A stretch of 64,000 bases of DNA from an uncultured Flavobacteriales bacterium (lineage in GTDB: Bacteria > Bacteroidota > Bacteroidia > Flavobacteriales > UBA7312). The notes below the pieces were generated by a model. The model made no database searches. It was not told the origin of the DNA and was given only the letters and a program-made list of their open reading frames with translations. The translations under genes were made by a program, and so were the position numbers. The stretch covers positions 1,971 to 65,970 of the forward strand of contig CAXFOQ010000002.1 in the NCBI GenBank assembly GCA_964004705.1. Direction: 5' to 3'. Positions 1 through 9,642 of this stretch are shown here, piece after piece; position 1 is the stretch's first letter, and each line of letters opens with the position of its first letter.

Positions 1-1497
1 AAGACCCCCAGGCCCTAGCGCTGACATTCTTCTTTTGTGTGTAACCTCAGCTAAAGGATTAGTTTGATCCATAAACTGAGATAACTGATTAGTTCCAAAG
101 AAAGAATTTATTACAGAAGATAGAGTTTTAGCATTGATAAGATCAACCGGAGTAAATACTTCATTGTCTCTTACATTCATCCTCTCTCTAATTGTTCTAG
201 CCATTCTTGAAAGACCTAAACTAAATTGATTAGAAAGCTGTTCTCCAACTGTTCTTACTCTTCTGTTACTTAAGTGATCAATATCGTCAACATTAGTTTT
301 AGAGTTTGCTAATTCTACTAAATTCTTTATGATTGAAATAATATCTTCTTTTGTTAAAATTTGATTGTTAGAATCAACATCTAATCCTAATTTCTTATTA
401 ATTCTAAAACGACCAACTTCACCTAAACTATAGCGTTGTTCAGAGAAAAATAATTTATCGATAATACCTCTTGCTGTTTCCTCATCTGGCGGCTCGGCAT
501 TACGAAGTTGCCTATAAATATAAATGACTGCTTCTTTTTCAGAGTTAGTAGGGTCTTTTTGGAGCGTGTTATAAATAATAGCATATTCAGAAGTTGACAC
601 GTCCTCTTTATGAAGAAGAACTGTTTTCGAACCTGATTCTATTATGTCATTAATATGTTCTTTTTCGATAATAGTTTCTCTATCAATAATAACTTCGTTT
701 CTTTCAATTGAAACAACCTCACCAGTATCTTCATCTACAAAGTCTTCAATCCATGTTTTAAGTATTCTAGCCGCTAATTTTCTACCAACAACTCTTTTTA
801 AAGCGGCTTTACTAACCCTTATCTCATCAGCAAGGTTGAAAATCTCAAGTATATCTTTGTCATTTTCAAAACCAATAGAACGTAATAATGTAGTTACAGG
901 TAACTTTTTCTTTCTGTCAATGTAAGCATACATGACATTATGTATATCCGTAGCAAATTCTATCCATGAACCTTTAAATGGTATTACTCTTGCTGAATAT
1001 AATTTTGCTCCATTAGCATGAAAACTATGACTAAAAAATACTCCTGGTGAACGGTGTAATTGAGAAACTACTACTCTTTCAGCACCATTTATTACAAAAG
1101 AGCCCTTAGGAGTCACGTAAGGAACCGATCCTAAGAAAACTTCTTGTTCTATTGTTTCAAAATCCTCATGATCAGGGTCTGTACAGTATAATTTAAGTTT
1201 TGCTTTTAGAGGCACTTTGTAAGTTAATCCTCTTTCAATACACTCTTCGATGGAGTATCTTGGCGGGTCGATGTTATAATCAATAAACTCTAATACGAAG
1301 TTATTTCTTGAATCAGAGATTGGAAAGTGATCATTGAACACCTGCCATAAACCTTCTTCTTTTCTTGTATCAGCAGAAACACCGATTTGGAAAAAGTCTT
1401 TGAAAGCACCTATTTGAATATCTAAAAAATCAGGATAGGTAAGCTGATTTTTGATAGATGCAAAATTGATTCTATTGGTAGTTTTGTTTGAAGCCAA
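1..1497 (-). CDS. rpoB: DNA-directed RNA polymerase subunit beta, N-terminal ~499 codons (gene continues past the left edge)
   Basis: My reverse-strand translation from 1497 reads (M)[36 protein letters not shown]...[24 protein letters not shown], the conserved RpoB N-terminus. It lies directly downstream of rplL as in rplKAJL-rpoBC. It is absent from the ORF track because it is truncated. The only start codon near the conserved N-terminus is TTG (1495-1497). Confidence 0.9.
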   Translation of the reverse strand, partial: MASNKTTNRINFASIKNQLTYPDFLDIQIGAFKDFFQIGVSADTRKEEGLWQVFNDHFPISDSRNNFVLEFIDYNIDPPRYSIEECIERGLTYKVPLKAKLKLYCTDPDHEDFETIEQEVFLGSVPYVTPKGSFVINGAERVVVSQLHRSPGVFFSHSFHANGAKLYSARVIPFKGSWIEFATDIHNVMYAYIDRKKKLPVTTLLRSIGFENDKDILEIFNLADEIRVSKAALKRVVGRKLAARILKTWIEDFVDEDTGEVVSIERNEVIIDRETIIEKEHINDIIESGSKTVLLHKEDVSTSEYAIIYNTLQKDPTNSEKEAVIYIYRQLRNAEPPDEETARGIIDKLFFSEQRYSLGEVGRFRINKKLGLDVDSNNQILTKEDIISIIKNLVELANSKTNVDDIDHLSNRRVRTVGEQLSNQFSLGLSRMARTIRERMNVRDNEVFTPVDLINAKTLSSVINSFFGTNQLSQFMDQTNPLAEVTHKRRMSALGPGGL

Positions 1498-1545
1498 CTT
1501 GGTAAATGTTTTTGTTAAAAAATAAATAGTTTGTAAACACAAAAG

Positions 1546-1582
1546 GGTTTAAGCTTTAAATGCTATGTTTAAAGCCTAAACC
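1546..1582 (-). terminator. rplL-rpoB intergenic hairpin (attenuator / partial terminator)
   Basis: On the sense strand, GGTTTAGGCTTTAAA pairs with TTTAAAGCTTAAACC (15 bp, one G-U) around a 7-nt loop. It is followed by CTTTTGTGTTT and starts ~22 nt after the rplL stop. An attenuator at this junction is known from other bacteria. Confidence 0.55.
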
Positions 1583-1603
1583 TTTAAGGATAGTAGTGTA
1601 AAC

Positions 1604-1981
1604 TTATTTAAGTTCCACTTCAGCACCTGCACCCTCGAGTTGGGTTTTTAATGCTTCAGCTTCATCTTTAGCTACACCTTCTTTAATTGGAGCTGGTGCA
1701 CCGTCTACAATATCTTTAGCTTCTTTAAGACCAAGACCTGTCAACTCTTTTACGAGTTTTACAACAGCTAACTTAGATCCTCCAGCGGCTTTTAAGATTA
1801 CATCGAATTCTGATTTCTCATCAGCAGCGTCTCCGCCACCTGCAGCAACAGGTCCAGCAACAGCTACTGCAGCAGCTGCAGGCTCTATTCCATACTCATC
1901 TTTTAAGATATCAGCTAATTCACTTACTTCTTTTACAGTCAAGTTTACTAACTGTTCTGCGAAAGCTTTTAAATCTGCCAT
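1604..1981 (-). CDS. rplL: 50S ribosomal protein bL12 (L7/L12)
   Basis: 125 aa with an Ala/Gly hinge ([16 protein letters not shown]) and the C-terminal [22 protein letters not shown] hallmark. Operon position fits. Confidence 0.97.
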   Translation of the reverse strand: MADLKAFAEQLVNLTVKEVSELADILKDEYGIEPAAAAVAVAGPVAAGGGDAADEKSEFDVILKAAGGSKLAVVKLVKELTGLGLKEAKDIVDGAPAPIKEGVAKDEAEALKTQLEGAGAEVELK

Positions 1982-2059
1982 GTTTATTTTAGTTTAATTG
2001 TTATACATTTATTTAATGTGGAAGCATTAAAAATTAGTGGTGCGTAATCACTAAGATTT

Positions 2060-2581
2060 TTATTCTGATCTCTCAGATAATGTTTTTAAAATTCCAGAAA
2101 GTTGACCTCCTGCTGATTGCAGCGAAGAAATAACTGTCTTTGGTGGTGACTGTAGTAGTGTAATAATTTCACCAATCAATTCGTCTTTTGACTTGAGTGA
2201 GGATAATACCTCAACCTGATCATCACCAAAATAGAAACTCTCTTCGATAAACGCCGACTTTAAAAGTGGCTTATCTTCTTTCTTTCTAAATTCTTTTATA
2301 ATTTTTGCTGGAGCATTAGTAGACTCTGCAAACATAATTGCTGTGTTTCCTTTTAAAGAATCATACATTTGAGCAAAGTCAACATCATTTTTCTCCATTG
2401 CTTTTCTAAGTAATGTATTTTTAATTACCTGAATCTGAACATTACTTTTAAAGCACAAACGTCTTAAGTCACTGTTACTTGCAGCATTTAAACCAGCAAT
2501 ATCAGTAAGATAAAAGTTTTTATTTTCTACTAGTTGAGTACTCAGCTCATCAATTGCTTTATTTTTTTCTTCTCTTGTCAT
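2060..2581 (-). CDS. rplJ: 50S ribosomal protein uL10
   Basis: 173 aa. N-terminal MTREEKNKAIDELS..., size, and position between rplA and rplL all fit uL10. Confidence 0.93.
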   Translation of the reverse strand: MTREEKNKAIDELSTQLVENKNFYLTDIAGLNAASNSDLRRLCFKSNVQIQVIKNTLLRKAMEKNDVDFAQMYDSLKGNTAIMFAESTNAPAKIIKEFRKKEDKPLLKSAFIEESFYFGDDQVEVLSSLKSKDELIGEIITLLQSPPKTVISSLQSAGGQLSGILKTLSERSE

Positions 2582-2595
2582 AACTAATAACTGAT

Positions 2596-3282
2596 TTAGA
2601 TAGATTTTTCATCAATTCGAACACTTGGACTCATCGTCGAAGACATATACACACTTTGCATATATGTACCTTTGGCCGCCGAGGGTTTAAGCTTCAAAAT
2701 TGTTTGTAAAAGTTCATTGGCATTATCGACTAGTTTAGAGGGATCAAAAGAGGCTTTACCTATTGCACAATGGATAATACCAAACTTGTCTACTTTAAAA
2801 TCAATTTTACCTTTCTTAACGTCAGAAACTGCTTTAGCAACTTCCATAGTTACTGTACCAGTCTTTGGGTTGGGCATTAAACCTCTTGGTCCTAAAATAC
2901 GACCTAAAGTACCTAATTTACCCATTACGGAAGGCATTGTAATAATGACGTCAACATCCGTCCAGCCTTCCTTTAGTTTTTCAATGTAATCCTCAAGACC
3001 AACATAATCAGCACCTGCTTCTTTAGCTTCAGCTTCTTTGTCAGCTGTTACTAATGCAAGTACTTTAACATCTTTACCTGTACCATGTGGAAGTGTTACA
3101 ACACCTCTAACCATCTGGTTGGCTTGTTTTGGATCAACACCTAATTTAACTGCGATGTCTACTGATGCATCAAACTTAGCTTTAGAAATTGACTTCATTA
3201 AACCTGCTGCATCAGTTAGAGAATAAGCTATAGTCTTATCAACAAGAGCAGAAGATTCTTTCATATTTTTACTAACTCCCAT
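2596..3282 (-). CDS. rplA: 50S ribosomal protein uL1
   Basis: Contains [34 protein letters not shown]. The ORF-track start (3312) overlaps rplK. The ATG at 3282 ([22 protein letters not shown]) gives 228 aa, starts 4 nt after the rplK stop, and matches the length of typical uL1 N-termini. Confidence 0.95.
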   Translation of the reverse strand: MGVSKNMKESSALVDKTIAYSLTDAAGLMKSISKAKFDASVDIAVKLGVDPKQANQMVRGVVTLPHGTGKDVKVLALVTADKEAEAKEAGADYVGLEDYIEKLKEGWTDVDVIITMPSVMGKLGTLGRILGPRGLMPNPKTGTVTMEVAKAVSDVKKGKIDFKVDKFGIIHCAIGKASFDPSKLVDNANELLQTILKLKPSAAKGTYMQSVYMSSTMSPSVRIDEKSI

Positions 3283-3286
3283 ATCC

Positions 3287-3733
3287 TTATTTTTTTTGTG
3301 GTGCAGTACCACCTTTAACTGTTAAACCCATACTTCTTGCTGTTCCAGCAATCATCATCATAGCTGAATCTAATGTGAAGGCATTTAAATCAGCCATTTT
3401 ATCTTCAGCAATAATTTTGATTTGGTCCCAACTAACAGAACCTACTTTGGTTCTATTAGGTTCTCCAGAACCTTTTTTCTTTTTAGATGCTTCCAACAAC
3501 TGAACAGCTGCCGGCGCAGTCTTAATAATAAACTCAAAAGATTTGTCAGCAAAAACAGTGATAACAACGGGAACAACTTTTCCTTGTTTCTCTTGAGTCC
3601 TAGCATTAAACTGCTTACAAAACTCCATAATATTTACCCCCGCGGCACCTAGTGCAGGACCTACTGGCGGTGAAGGATTAGCTGCGCCTCCTCTAACCTG
3701 TAATTTTAATATTTTACTTACTTCTTTAGCCAT
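3287..3733 (-). CDS. rplK: 50S ribosomal protein uL11
   Basis: Contains [35 protein letters not shown], the uL11 signature region. Confidence 0.97.
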   Translation of the reverse strand: MAKEVSKILKLQVRGGAANPSPPVGPALGAAGVNIMEFCKQFNARTQEKQGKVVPVVITVFADKSFEFIIKTAPAAVQLLEASKKKKGSGEPNRTKVGSVSWDQIKIIAEDKMADLNAFTLDSAMMMIAGTARSMGLTVKGGTAPQKK

Positions 3734-3814
3734 TACTTAAATTTATTTTAAAATTACTTGATTGAAATTGGAAGCATTAATGTTTCAACAAAGTAAAATC
3801 GGTTGTTTACATAT

Positions 3815-4357
3815 TTATTCTTTTTCGACTTGCATAAAACTCAATTCAACAGGAGTCTTACGACCAAATATTTTTACTGTAACTTTTAATTTCTTCTTTT
3901 GTTCATCAATTTCTTCAATGAAACCACTGAAAGAATTGAATGGACCATCAATTACCTTAACTGACTCACCAACTACATAGGGAATTACTATTTCTTCATC
4001 GATAATAGCTAATTCATCAACCTTACCCAGTATTCTGTTAACCTCTGATGTTCTCATTGGAACTGGATCACCACCCTTAGTAGCACCTAAAAAGCCGATT
4101 ACACCAGGGACTGATTTAATAATATGAGGTACTTCACCAACAAGATTAGCTTCAATTAAAACATATCCAGGGAAAAAATTTCTTTCTTTACTGACTTTTT
4201 TGCCATTTCTAATTTGAAAGACTTTCTCGGTTGGCACGAGAATCTGTGAAACAAAATCTGAAAGATTTAATCTTGAAATTTCATTTTCAATGTATGTGCA
4301 AACTTTTTTTTCTTGTCCGCCAATTGCTCTTACTACGTACCAGTGTTTATCTGCCAT
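3815..4357 (-). CDS. nusG: Transcription termination/antitermination factor NusG
   Basis: MADKHWYVVRAIGGQEKKV N-terminus and a KOW-like GESVKVIDGPFNSFSGFIEEI. The start is moved from 4396 to the ATG at 4357, just after the secE stop. Confidence 0.95.
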   Translation of the reverse strand: MADKHWYVVRAIGGQEKKVCTYIENEISRLNLSDFVSQILVPTEKVFQIRNGKKVSKERNFFPGYVLIEANLVGEVPHIIKSVPGVIGFLGATKGGDPVPMRTSEVNRILGKVDELAIIDEEIVIPYVVGESVKVIDGPFNSFSGFIEEIDEQKKKLKVTVKIFGRKTPVELSFMQVEKE

Positions 4358-4364
4358 ATCTTTA

Positions 4365-4556
4365 TTAAAATAAGCTATATAGTATTTCAAGAACATTACG
4401 GAAACTTAAATCCATAACATATACAATTAATGCTATAATTAATGAAGCTATTGCGACTACAATTGAGCTACTTTGCAGCTCTTTCCATGTAGGCCAAGAG
4501 ACTTTATTCATTAAGTCATCAGCTGATTCTTTTATGTATTCGACAAATCTTGCCAT
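4365..4556 (-). CDS. secE: Preprotein translocase subunit SecE
   Basis: 63 aa with a single C-terminal TM helix (SSIVVAIASLIIALIVYVMDL). Canonical position between tRNA-Trp and nusG. Confidence 0.85.
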   Translation of the reverse strand: MARFVEYIKESADDLMNKVSWPTWKELQSSSIVVAIASLIIALIVYVMDLSFRNVLEILYSLF

Positions 4557-4573
4557 TTCATTTTGTGTTTATG

Positions 4574-4646
4574 CACGGGTGGAGAGACTCGAACTCCCAA
4601 CCAATGGTTTTGGAGACCACTACTCTACCAATTGAGCTACACCCGT
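4574..4646 (-). tRNA. tRNA-Trp (anticodon CCA)
   Basis: Reverse strand reads ACGGGTGTAGCTCAATTGGTAGAG...TCTCCAAAACC...GGTTCGAGTCTCTCCACCCGTG. The acceptor ACGGGTG pairs with CACCCGT, the anticodon loop is CTCCAAA, and a T-loop GGTTCGAGTC is present. Confidence 0.93.
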
Positions 4647-4696
4647 AAAAACAGCAATAGGAAAGATCTAAAATAGACCTTTCCCGAGTTGCTGTT
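4647..4696 (-). terminator. Stem-loop after tuf (probable partial terminator or processing hairpin before tRNA-Trp)
   Basis: Sense strand AACAGCAACTCGGGAAAGGTCTATTTTAGATCTTTCCTATTGCTGTTTT has nested stems (ACAGCAA/TTGCTGT and GGAAAG/CTTTCC) followed by TTTT. Confidence 0.5.
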
Positions 4697-4710
4697 GGTA
4701 AAAATTATTA

Positions 4711-5898
4711 CTAGCTGATGATCTCAGTAATTTGACCCGCACCTACAGTTCTACCACCCTCACGGATTGCAAAACGGAGACCTTGGCTCATTGCTACTTT
4801 GTTGATTAACTCAACTGTGATTGTTAAATTGTCACCTGGCATTACCATTTCAGTACCTTCTGGTAACTGGATTTCACCAGTTACGTCAGTAGTTCTTAAG
4901 TAGAACTGTGGACGGTATTTATTATGGAATGGTGTGTGACGACCACCCTCTTCTTTTTTCAAAATATAAACCTCAGCTTTAAATTTAGTGTGAGGTGTTA
5001 CAGAACCTGGTTTGCAGATTACCATACCTCTTTTAATATCTGATTTCTCAATACCACGAAGTAAGATTCCTACGTTGTCACCTGCTTCACCTCTGTCTAA
5101 GATTTTACGGAACATTTCAACACCAGTTACTGTTGAACCTAATTTCTCAGCACCCATACCGATGATATCAACCGCATCGCCTGTGTTTGCAACACCTGTT
5201 TCGATACGACCTGTAGCAACAGTACCACGTCCAGTAATTGTAAATACATCCTCAATTGGCATCAAGAAGTCTTTTGCATTATCACGAACTGGCTCGGGAA
5301 TATAAGAATCTACACTCTCCATTAATTTCATTACAGTATCTACCCACTGAGCTTCACCATTTAGTGCACCTAAAGCAGAACCTGGAACAACTGGAGCATT
5401 ATCTCCATCGTAATCATAGAAAGAAAGTAATTCTCTAACTTCCATCTCAACTAGTTCTAGTAACTCATCGTCATCTACCATATCCACTTTGTTAAGGAAT
5501 ACAACAACAGCAGGAACACCTACCTGACGAGCTAAAAGGATATGCTCTCTTGTTTGAGGCATAGGGCCATCAGTAGCAGCACATACTAAAATTGCACCAT
5601 CCATTTGAGCAGCACCAGTAACCATGTTCTTTACATAATCCGCGTGACCTGGACAGTCAACGTGAGCGTAATGACGGTTAGCTGTTTCATACTCTACGTG
5701 AGCAGTGTTAATTGTAATACCTCTCTCTTTTTCTTCTGGAGCGTTATCGATAGAGTCAAACGCTTGAGCCTCAGCCAATCCAGCGTCCGCCAATACCTTA
5801 GTAATAGCGGCAGTCAAGGTAGTTTTACCGTGGTCAACATGACCAATTGTACCAATGTTTAAGTGTGGTTTGGTACGATTAAAATTCTCTTTTGCCAT
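4711..5898 (-). CDS. tuf: Elongation factor Tu
   Basis: 395 aa with the G motifs [18 protein letters not shown] and NKVD. Near-universal EF-Tu sequence throughout. Confidence 0.99.
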   Translation of the reverse strand: MAKENFNRTKPHLNIGTIGHVDHGKTTLTAAITKVLADAGLAEAQAFDSIDNAPEEKERGITINTAHVEYETANRHYAHVDCPGHADYVKNMVTGAAQMDGAILVCAATDGPMPQTREHILLARQVGVPAVVVFLNKVDMVDDDELLELVEMEVRELLSFYDYDGDNAPVVPGSALGALNGEAQWVDTVMKLMESVDSYIPEPVRDNAKDFLMPIEDVFTITGRGTVATGRIETGVANTGDAVDIIGMGAEKLGSTVTGVEMFRKILDRGEAGDNVGILLRGIEKSDIKRGMVICKPGSVTPHTKFKAEVYILKKEEGGRHTPFHNKYRPQFYLRTTDVTGEIQLPEGTEMVMPGDNLTITVELINKVAMSQGLRFAIREGGRTVGAGQITEIIS

Positions 5899-5969
5899 AG
5901 CTAGCTATTTAAAATTAATTAATAATTAAATCCTCCTATTAAAGAAAGGCTGTTTTTTTATTTCAATTG

Positions 5970-6041
5970 AGCCAATGACGGGAATTGAACCCGTGACCTC
6001 TTCCTTACCAAGGAAACGCTCTACCCCTGAGCTACATCGGC
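5970..6041 (-). tRNA. tRNA-Thr (anticodon GGT)
   Basis: Reverse strand reads GCCGATGTAGCTCAGGGGTAGAGC...CCTTGGTAAGG...GGTTCAATTCCCGTCATTGGCT. The acceptor GCCGATG pairs with CATTGGC and the anticodon loop is TTGGTAA. Confidence 0.92.
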
Positions 6042-6051
6042 TTAGGTTAAG

Positions 6052-6125
6052 AGCGGGAGACGGGATTCGAACCCGCGACCCTCAGCTTGGAAGGCTGATG
6101 CTCTGGCCAGCTGAGCTACTCCCGC
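6052..6125 (-). tRNA. tRNA-Gly (anticodon TCC)
   Basis: Reverse strand reads GCGGGAGTAGCTCAGCTGGCCAGAGC...CCTTCCAAG...GGTTCGAATCCCGTCTCCCGCT, with anticodon loop CTTCCAA. Confidence 0.92.
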
Positions 6126-6137
6126 AATTTGTTAATG

Positions 6138-6219
6138 TGGGGAGAGCAGGATTCGAACCTACGAAGGCGTAGCCAACAGATTTACAGTCTGTCCTCGTTG
6201 ACCGCTTGAGTATCTCCCC
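6138..6219 (-). tRNA. tRNA-Tyr (anticodon GTA), long variable arm
   Basis: Reverse strand reads GGGGAGATACTCAAGCGGTCAACGAG...GACTGTAAATC...variable arm...GGTTCGAATCCTGCTCTCCCCA, with anticodon loop CTGTAAA. Confidence 0.92.
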
Positions 6220-6248
6220 ATAACAATTAGCTCTTAAACTAAGAACTG

Positions 6249-6322
6249 AGCCGCTAGAGGGACTCGAACCCACGACCTGCTGATTACAAATCAGCTGCTC
6301 TAGCCAGCTGAGCTATAGCGGC
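6249..6322 (-). tRNA. tRNA-Thr (anticodon TGT)
   Basis: Reverse strand reads GCCGCTATAGCTCAGCTGGCTAGAGC...ATTTGTAAT...GGTTCGAGTCCCTCTAGCGGCT, with anticodon loop TTTGTAA. Confidence 0.92.
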
Positions 6323-6366
6323 AATTTCAATAAATAAAAAAACAGCCCCTCTTGAAAAAGGGTTTG

Positions 6367-6397
6367 CAAATGTATTAAAGTTTTTGTTTCGCACAAA
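6367..6397 (-). promoter_or_regulatory. Bacteroidota-type sigmaA promoter for the tRNA(Thr-Tyr-Gly-Thr)-tuf unit
   Basis: Sense strand TTTG-(19 nt)-TACATTTG, about 45 nt upstream of tRNA-Thr(TGT). It matches the published Bacteroidetes consensus -33 TTTG / -7 TAnnTTTG. Confidence 0.55.
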
Positions 6398-6446
6398 TAA
6401 CAAATACTGTTTTTTTTTGTGATATTGTTTTTTAGAGAAAATAATT

Positions 6447-6746
6447 CTAAACGGCACGCTTTTTATGCTTATTTTTTTTGACCTGTCTTATCAATATTTC
6501 TTGCACAAGATCAACCGCCTCTTCAAAAGATTCGCATTTTTTACTCGCAAATAGCTCATTAAAACCCGTATTAATCTTTATTTCTACTAGCTTATTAGAT
6601 TTGTCTGTAGCATTTTCTATACGTAAAAAAATATCAGTGGATATGAGTTCATCATCAAACCGAATTAACTTTTCTATTTTCTTGTGTATGAAGTTAAGTA
6701 ACTTTTGATCGGCGTCGAAACGTAATGAGTGAATGGTTATTTGCAT
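6447..6746 (-). CDS. hpf: Ribosome hibernation/associated factor, short HPF/YfiA family
   Basis: 99 aa. MQITIHSLRFDADQKLLNFIHKKIEKL...VEIKINTGFNELFASKKCESFEEAVDLVQEIL is the typical HPF/RaiA pattern. Confidence 0.85.
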   Translation of the reverse strand: MQITIHSLRFDADQKLLNFIHKKIEKLIRFDDELISTDIFLRIENATDKSNKLVEIKINTGFNELFASKKCESFEEAVDLVQEILIRQVKKNKHKKRAV

Positions 6747-6759
6747 AACTCTAATTTTT

Positions 6760-7641
6760 TTATGCTCTAGGGTGAGCGTTTTTAAAAATTTCTTTGAGCT
6801 GGTCTATTGAATTGTGAGTATAAACTTCGGTTGCTGAAAGACTAGCGTGTCCTAATAATTCTTTAATTACATTCAAATCAGCTCCGTTATTAAGCATATG
6901 GGTTGCAAAAGTATGTCTAAGAACGTGTGGGCTTTTCTTTTCTAGAGTCGTTACGTTATTCAAAATTTTATTTACCTTTCTGTAAACCATACTTGGATTG
7001 AGTTTTTTACCTGAATCAGTTAAAAATAAATACGATCTATCGATTACTTTTTGTTTGTTCCTAAGCATCATGTAGCCTTCAATTGATTTTTGAAGTTCTT
7101 TTGTTAAAGGAATAAGGCGTTCTTTATTTCTTTTTCCAAGCACTTTAATTTGACTTTTTAGACAGTCCACATCTATTGATTTTATATTTATAAGCTCTGA
7201 TAGTCTAATTCCCGTTGAATAAAAAACTTCAATAATGAGTTTATCTCTAAAACCTGAAAAATTTTCTTCAAATTTTAGCTTGTCGAGAAGTTCATTCATA
7301 TCAGAAAGCCCAACAAACTGAGGCAACTTTTTTGAAGTTTTAGAATATGAAATCCTTGAGGTAGGGTTTTGCTTTATTTTCTGTTCTTTAAATAGGTATT
7401 TGTAAAAGGATTTTAGCGTTGTAATTTTTCGATTGACTGTTCTGGCAGAATTTCCTTTATTTAACTCTTTTACCAACCAACTACGTATCATAGCGTGATT
7501 TGCTTTGTCAATGGAGATGCTATATATGTCTTTAAGATAAGACTCAAATAATTTCAGATCGGTTCGGTAAGCTTTAACTGTGTGAGAAGAGTAGCGTTTT
7601 ACTAAAAGTAAATAATCAAGGTAGTTTTGAGTCAATGGCAT
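6760..7641 (-). CDS. Tyrosine site-specific recombinase, XerC/XerD-like
   Basis: N-terminal SAM-like region (YLDYLLLVKRYSSHTVKAYRTDL). The C-terminal catalytic region carries ...TGIRLSEL..., HVLRHTFATHML and LLGHASLSATEVYTH (R..HxxR..H..Y). The ORF-track start is TTG; the ATG at 7641 is preferred. Confidence 0.88.
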   Translation of the reverse strand: MPLTQNYLDYLLLVKRYSSHTVKAYRTDLKLFESYLKDIYSISIDKANHAMIRSWLVKELNKGNSARTVNRKITTLKSFYKYLFKEQKIKQNPTSRISYSKTSKKLPQFVGLSDMNELLDKLKFEENFSGFRDKLIIEVFYSTGIRLSELINIKSIDVDCLKSQIKVLGKRNKERLIPLTKELQKSIEGYMMLRNKQKVIDRSYLFLTDSGKKLNPSMVYRKVNKILNNVTTLEKKSPHVLRHTFATHMLNNGADLNVIKELLGHASLSATEVYTHNSIDQLKEIFKNAHPRA

Positions 7642-7727
7642 AAAAAGAAACAACGTATATAACGAATATACTAAAAAAAATTCAAAAATTCAAATGATGT
7701 CTCGAATAAGCAGAGCTAAGAAGCGGA

Positions 7728-7919
7728 CTAGTCTTCTTCTCTTTGTAAAGTTTCTCTGTATGCGGCTTTAATCTTTTGATTGCGTAACTCAACTGACTTT
7801 TTAGTGAATTCACGACGTGCTCGTAGCTGCTTCATCGTACCTGTCATATTAAATTTCTTCTTAAATTTCTTAAGGGCTCTATCAATTGATTCTCCGTCTT
7901 TTACTGGAATAATTATCAT
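7728..7919 (-). CDS. rpsU: 30S ribosomal protein bS21
   Basis: 63 aa. MIIIPVKDGESIDRALKKFKKKF..GTMKQLRARREFTK is a clear bS21. Confidence 0.95.
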   Translation of the reverse strand: MIIIPVKDGESIDRALKKFKKKFNMTGTMKQLRARREFTKKSVELRNQKIKAAYRETLQREED

Positions 7920-7939
7920 ATTCTAATTTTATTGGGCTG

Positions 7940-7970
7940 CAAATATACAAATATCTACTTCACATACAAC
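7940..7970 (-). promoter_or_regulatory. Bacteroidota-type promoter for rpsU
   Basis: Sense strand GTTG-(19 nt)-TATATTTG, ending ~20 nt upstream of the rpsU ATG. Confidence 0.5.
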
Positions 7971-7973
7971 TGC

Positions 7974-9113
7974 TTACTTTAAAATTTGCTTAGATATGAC
8001 TATTTTTTGAATTTCCGAGGTTCCTTCTCCAATTGTACATAACTTTGAGTCACGATAAAATCTTTCTACAGGAAAGTCTTTCGTATATCCATAACCTCCT
8101 AATACTTGAATTGCATCAGTGGAAACTTTAACAGCTACTTCAGATGAAAAATACTTAGCCATCGCTCCGTCCAAAGTAACTTTTTGATTATTATTTTTCT
8201 TATCGACAGCTTTATATATCAATAACTCAGAGGCATCTATAGTAGTAGCCATATCAGCAAGCTTAAATGCCACAGCTTGGTGCTGAGCGATAGGCTTTCC
8301 GAATTGAACTCTTTCTTTAGCATATTTCAAGGCTGCTTCATAAGCTCCTTTGGCAATACCTAATGATAATGCTGCTATAGAAATTCTACCCCCATCCAAC
8401 ACCTTCATAGCTTGCACGAAACCATCGCCAATATTTCCCAAAAGATTTGCATGAGAAACTCTACAATTATCAAAGATTAATTCTGCTGTTTCCGAAGCAC
8501 GCATTCCAAGTTTATCTTCTTTTTTTCCGGAGGTTAAGCCTTGGGTTCCTTTTTCTACAATAAAAGCTGACATGCCTTTAGAATCTCCTTTGTCTCCAGT
8601 CCTAACAATAACAACAATAACATCACCACTAATAGCGTGAGTAATGAAATTTTTGGCACCATTCAACACCCAATAATCACCATCTTTAACGGCTGTAGTA
8701 AACATACCAGCAGAATCGGAACCGGTATTATGCTCTGTTAAACCCCATGCTCCTAAATATTCTGCCGAGGCTAATTTTGGTAAATATTTATTCTTTTGTT
8801 CTTCATTACCAAACTGTAAAATATGTCCAGTACACAATGAGTTGTGGGCTGCCATTGACAATCCTACAGAAGGATCAACTTTTGCTAATTCTTCGATTGC
8901 AGTAACATACTCTGCATATCCAAAACCCGAACCACCATATTCTTGAGGAACTAAAACTCCCATTAAACCCAATTCGCCGAGTTTTTTAAAAACCTGAACA
9001 GGAAAAATTTGATTATCATCCCATTTCTTTATATTCGGAACAATTTCTTTTGTTGAAAAAGAACGAATCATTTCTGATATTAACTTTTGATTTTCATTGT
9101 AATTAAAATCCAT
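7974..9113 (-). CDS. Acyl-CoA dehydrogenase (short/medium-chain type)
   Basis: 379 aa with ACAD N, middle and C-terminal patterns ([53 protein letters not shown]). Confidence 0.9.
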   Translation of the reverse strand: MDFNYNENQKLISEMIRSFSTKEIVPNIKKWDDNQIFPVQVFKKLGELGLMGVLVPQEYGGSGFGYAEYVTAIEELAKVDPSVGLSMAAHNSLCTGHILQFGNEEQKNKYLPKLASAEYLGAWGLTEHNTGSDSAGMFTTAVKDGDYWVLNGAKNFITHAISGDVIVVIVRTGDKGDSKGMSAFIVEKGTQGLTSGKKEDKLGMRASETAELIFDNCRVSHANLLGNIGDGFVQAMKVLDGGRISIAALSLGIAKGAYEAALKYAKERVQFGKPIAQHQAVAFKLADMATTIDASELLIYKAVDKKNNNQKVTLDGAMAKYFSSEVAVKVSTDAIQVLGGYGYTKDFPVERFYRDSKLCTIGEGTSEIQKIVISKQILK

Positions 9114-9114
9114 A

Positions 9115-9642
9115 TTAGTATTTAATTAATGATTTTATTGATAATGAATAATCTAGCAAATTAGTCCTTCCTTCCAAAAATGACAACTCAACAAGAAATA
9201 AAAATGATATGATATTGCCTCCCAATCGTTGAACTAGCTTAGAAGCTGCTACTGCTGTTCCTCCAGTTGCTAATAAATCGTCGTGAATAACAATATTCCA
9301 ACCTTCTTGAATAGCGTCAGTATGTATTTCTACTTTTGCAGATCCATATTCTAACGCATATTCTTCAACAATAGTATCTGCAGGAAGCTTGCCAGCCTTT
9401 CTAATAGGAATAAAAGGTACTTTTAAAGCATTTGCTAGCAACATTCCAAATAAAAAGCCTCTACTTTCAACCCCAACAATTGCATCTATCTCTTTATCAT
9501 TTAAAAATTCTATAAATGAATCTATAACCTTATTAGAAAGCTCGGGATTTGATAAAATCGGCGTGATATCTTTAAAAGAAATACCTTCTTTTGGAAAGTC
9601 TTTTACTTCTCTAATATGCTCCGCTAACAGACTTGTTTTCAT
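9115..9642 (-). CDS. apt: Adenine phosphoribosyltransferase
   Basis: Contains IREVKDFPKEGISFKDITPIL, VGVESRGFLFG and the PRPP motif VIHDDLLATGGTA. The start is set to the ATG at 9642 (MKTSLLAEH). Confidence 0.93.
   Translation of the reverse strand: MKTSLLAEHIREVKDFPKEGISFKDITPILSNPELSNKVIDSFIEFLNDKEIDAIVGVESRGFLFGMLLANALKVPFIPIRKAGKLPADTIVEEYALEYGSAKVEIHTDAIQEGWNIVIHDDLLATGGTAVAASKLVQRLGGNIISFLFLVELSFLEGRTNLLDYSLSIKSLIKY

Noticed and set aside
5931-5937. A perfect AGGAGGA (sense strand) in the tuf leader, considered as a Shine-Dalgarno site.
   Set aside because: It lies ~32 nt upstream of the tuf ATG, too far for SD function. Other genes here lack SDs, consistent with Bacteroidota translation initiation. 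It may be fortuitous or part of tRNA-tuf processing structure.
5975-6273. Two ORFs (5975-6172 plus strand, 6082-6273 minus strand) spanning the region upstream of tuf.
   Set aside because: The interval is fully explained by four canonical tRNA genes (Thr, Gly, Tyr, Thr). The ORFs merely read through tRNA sequence.
6249-7641. A tyrosine recombinase next to a tRNA cluster, which is the classic signature of an integrative element or genomic island boundary.
   Set aside because: I saw no cargo genes, no direct repeat of a tRNA 3' end, and no compositional break. The recombinase is sandwiched between rpsU and hpf in an rpsU-xer-hpf-tRNA-tuf arrangement, which I recall as conserved in Bacteroidota. 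It is most likely a housekeeping Xer-type enzyme.
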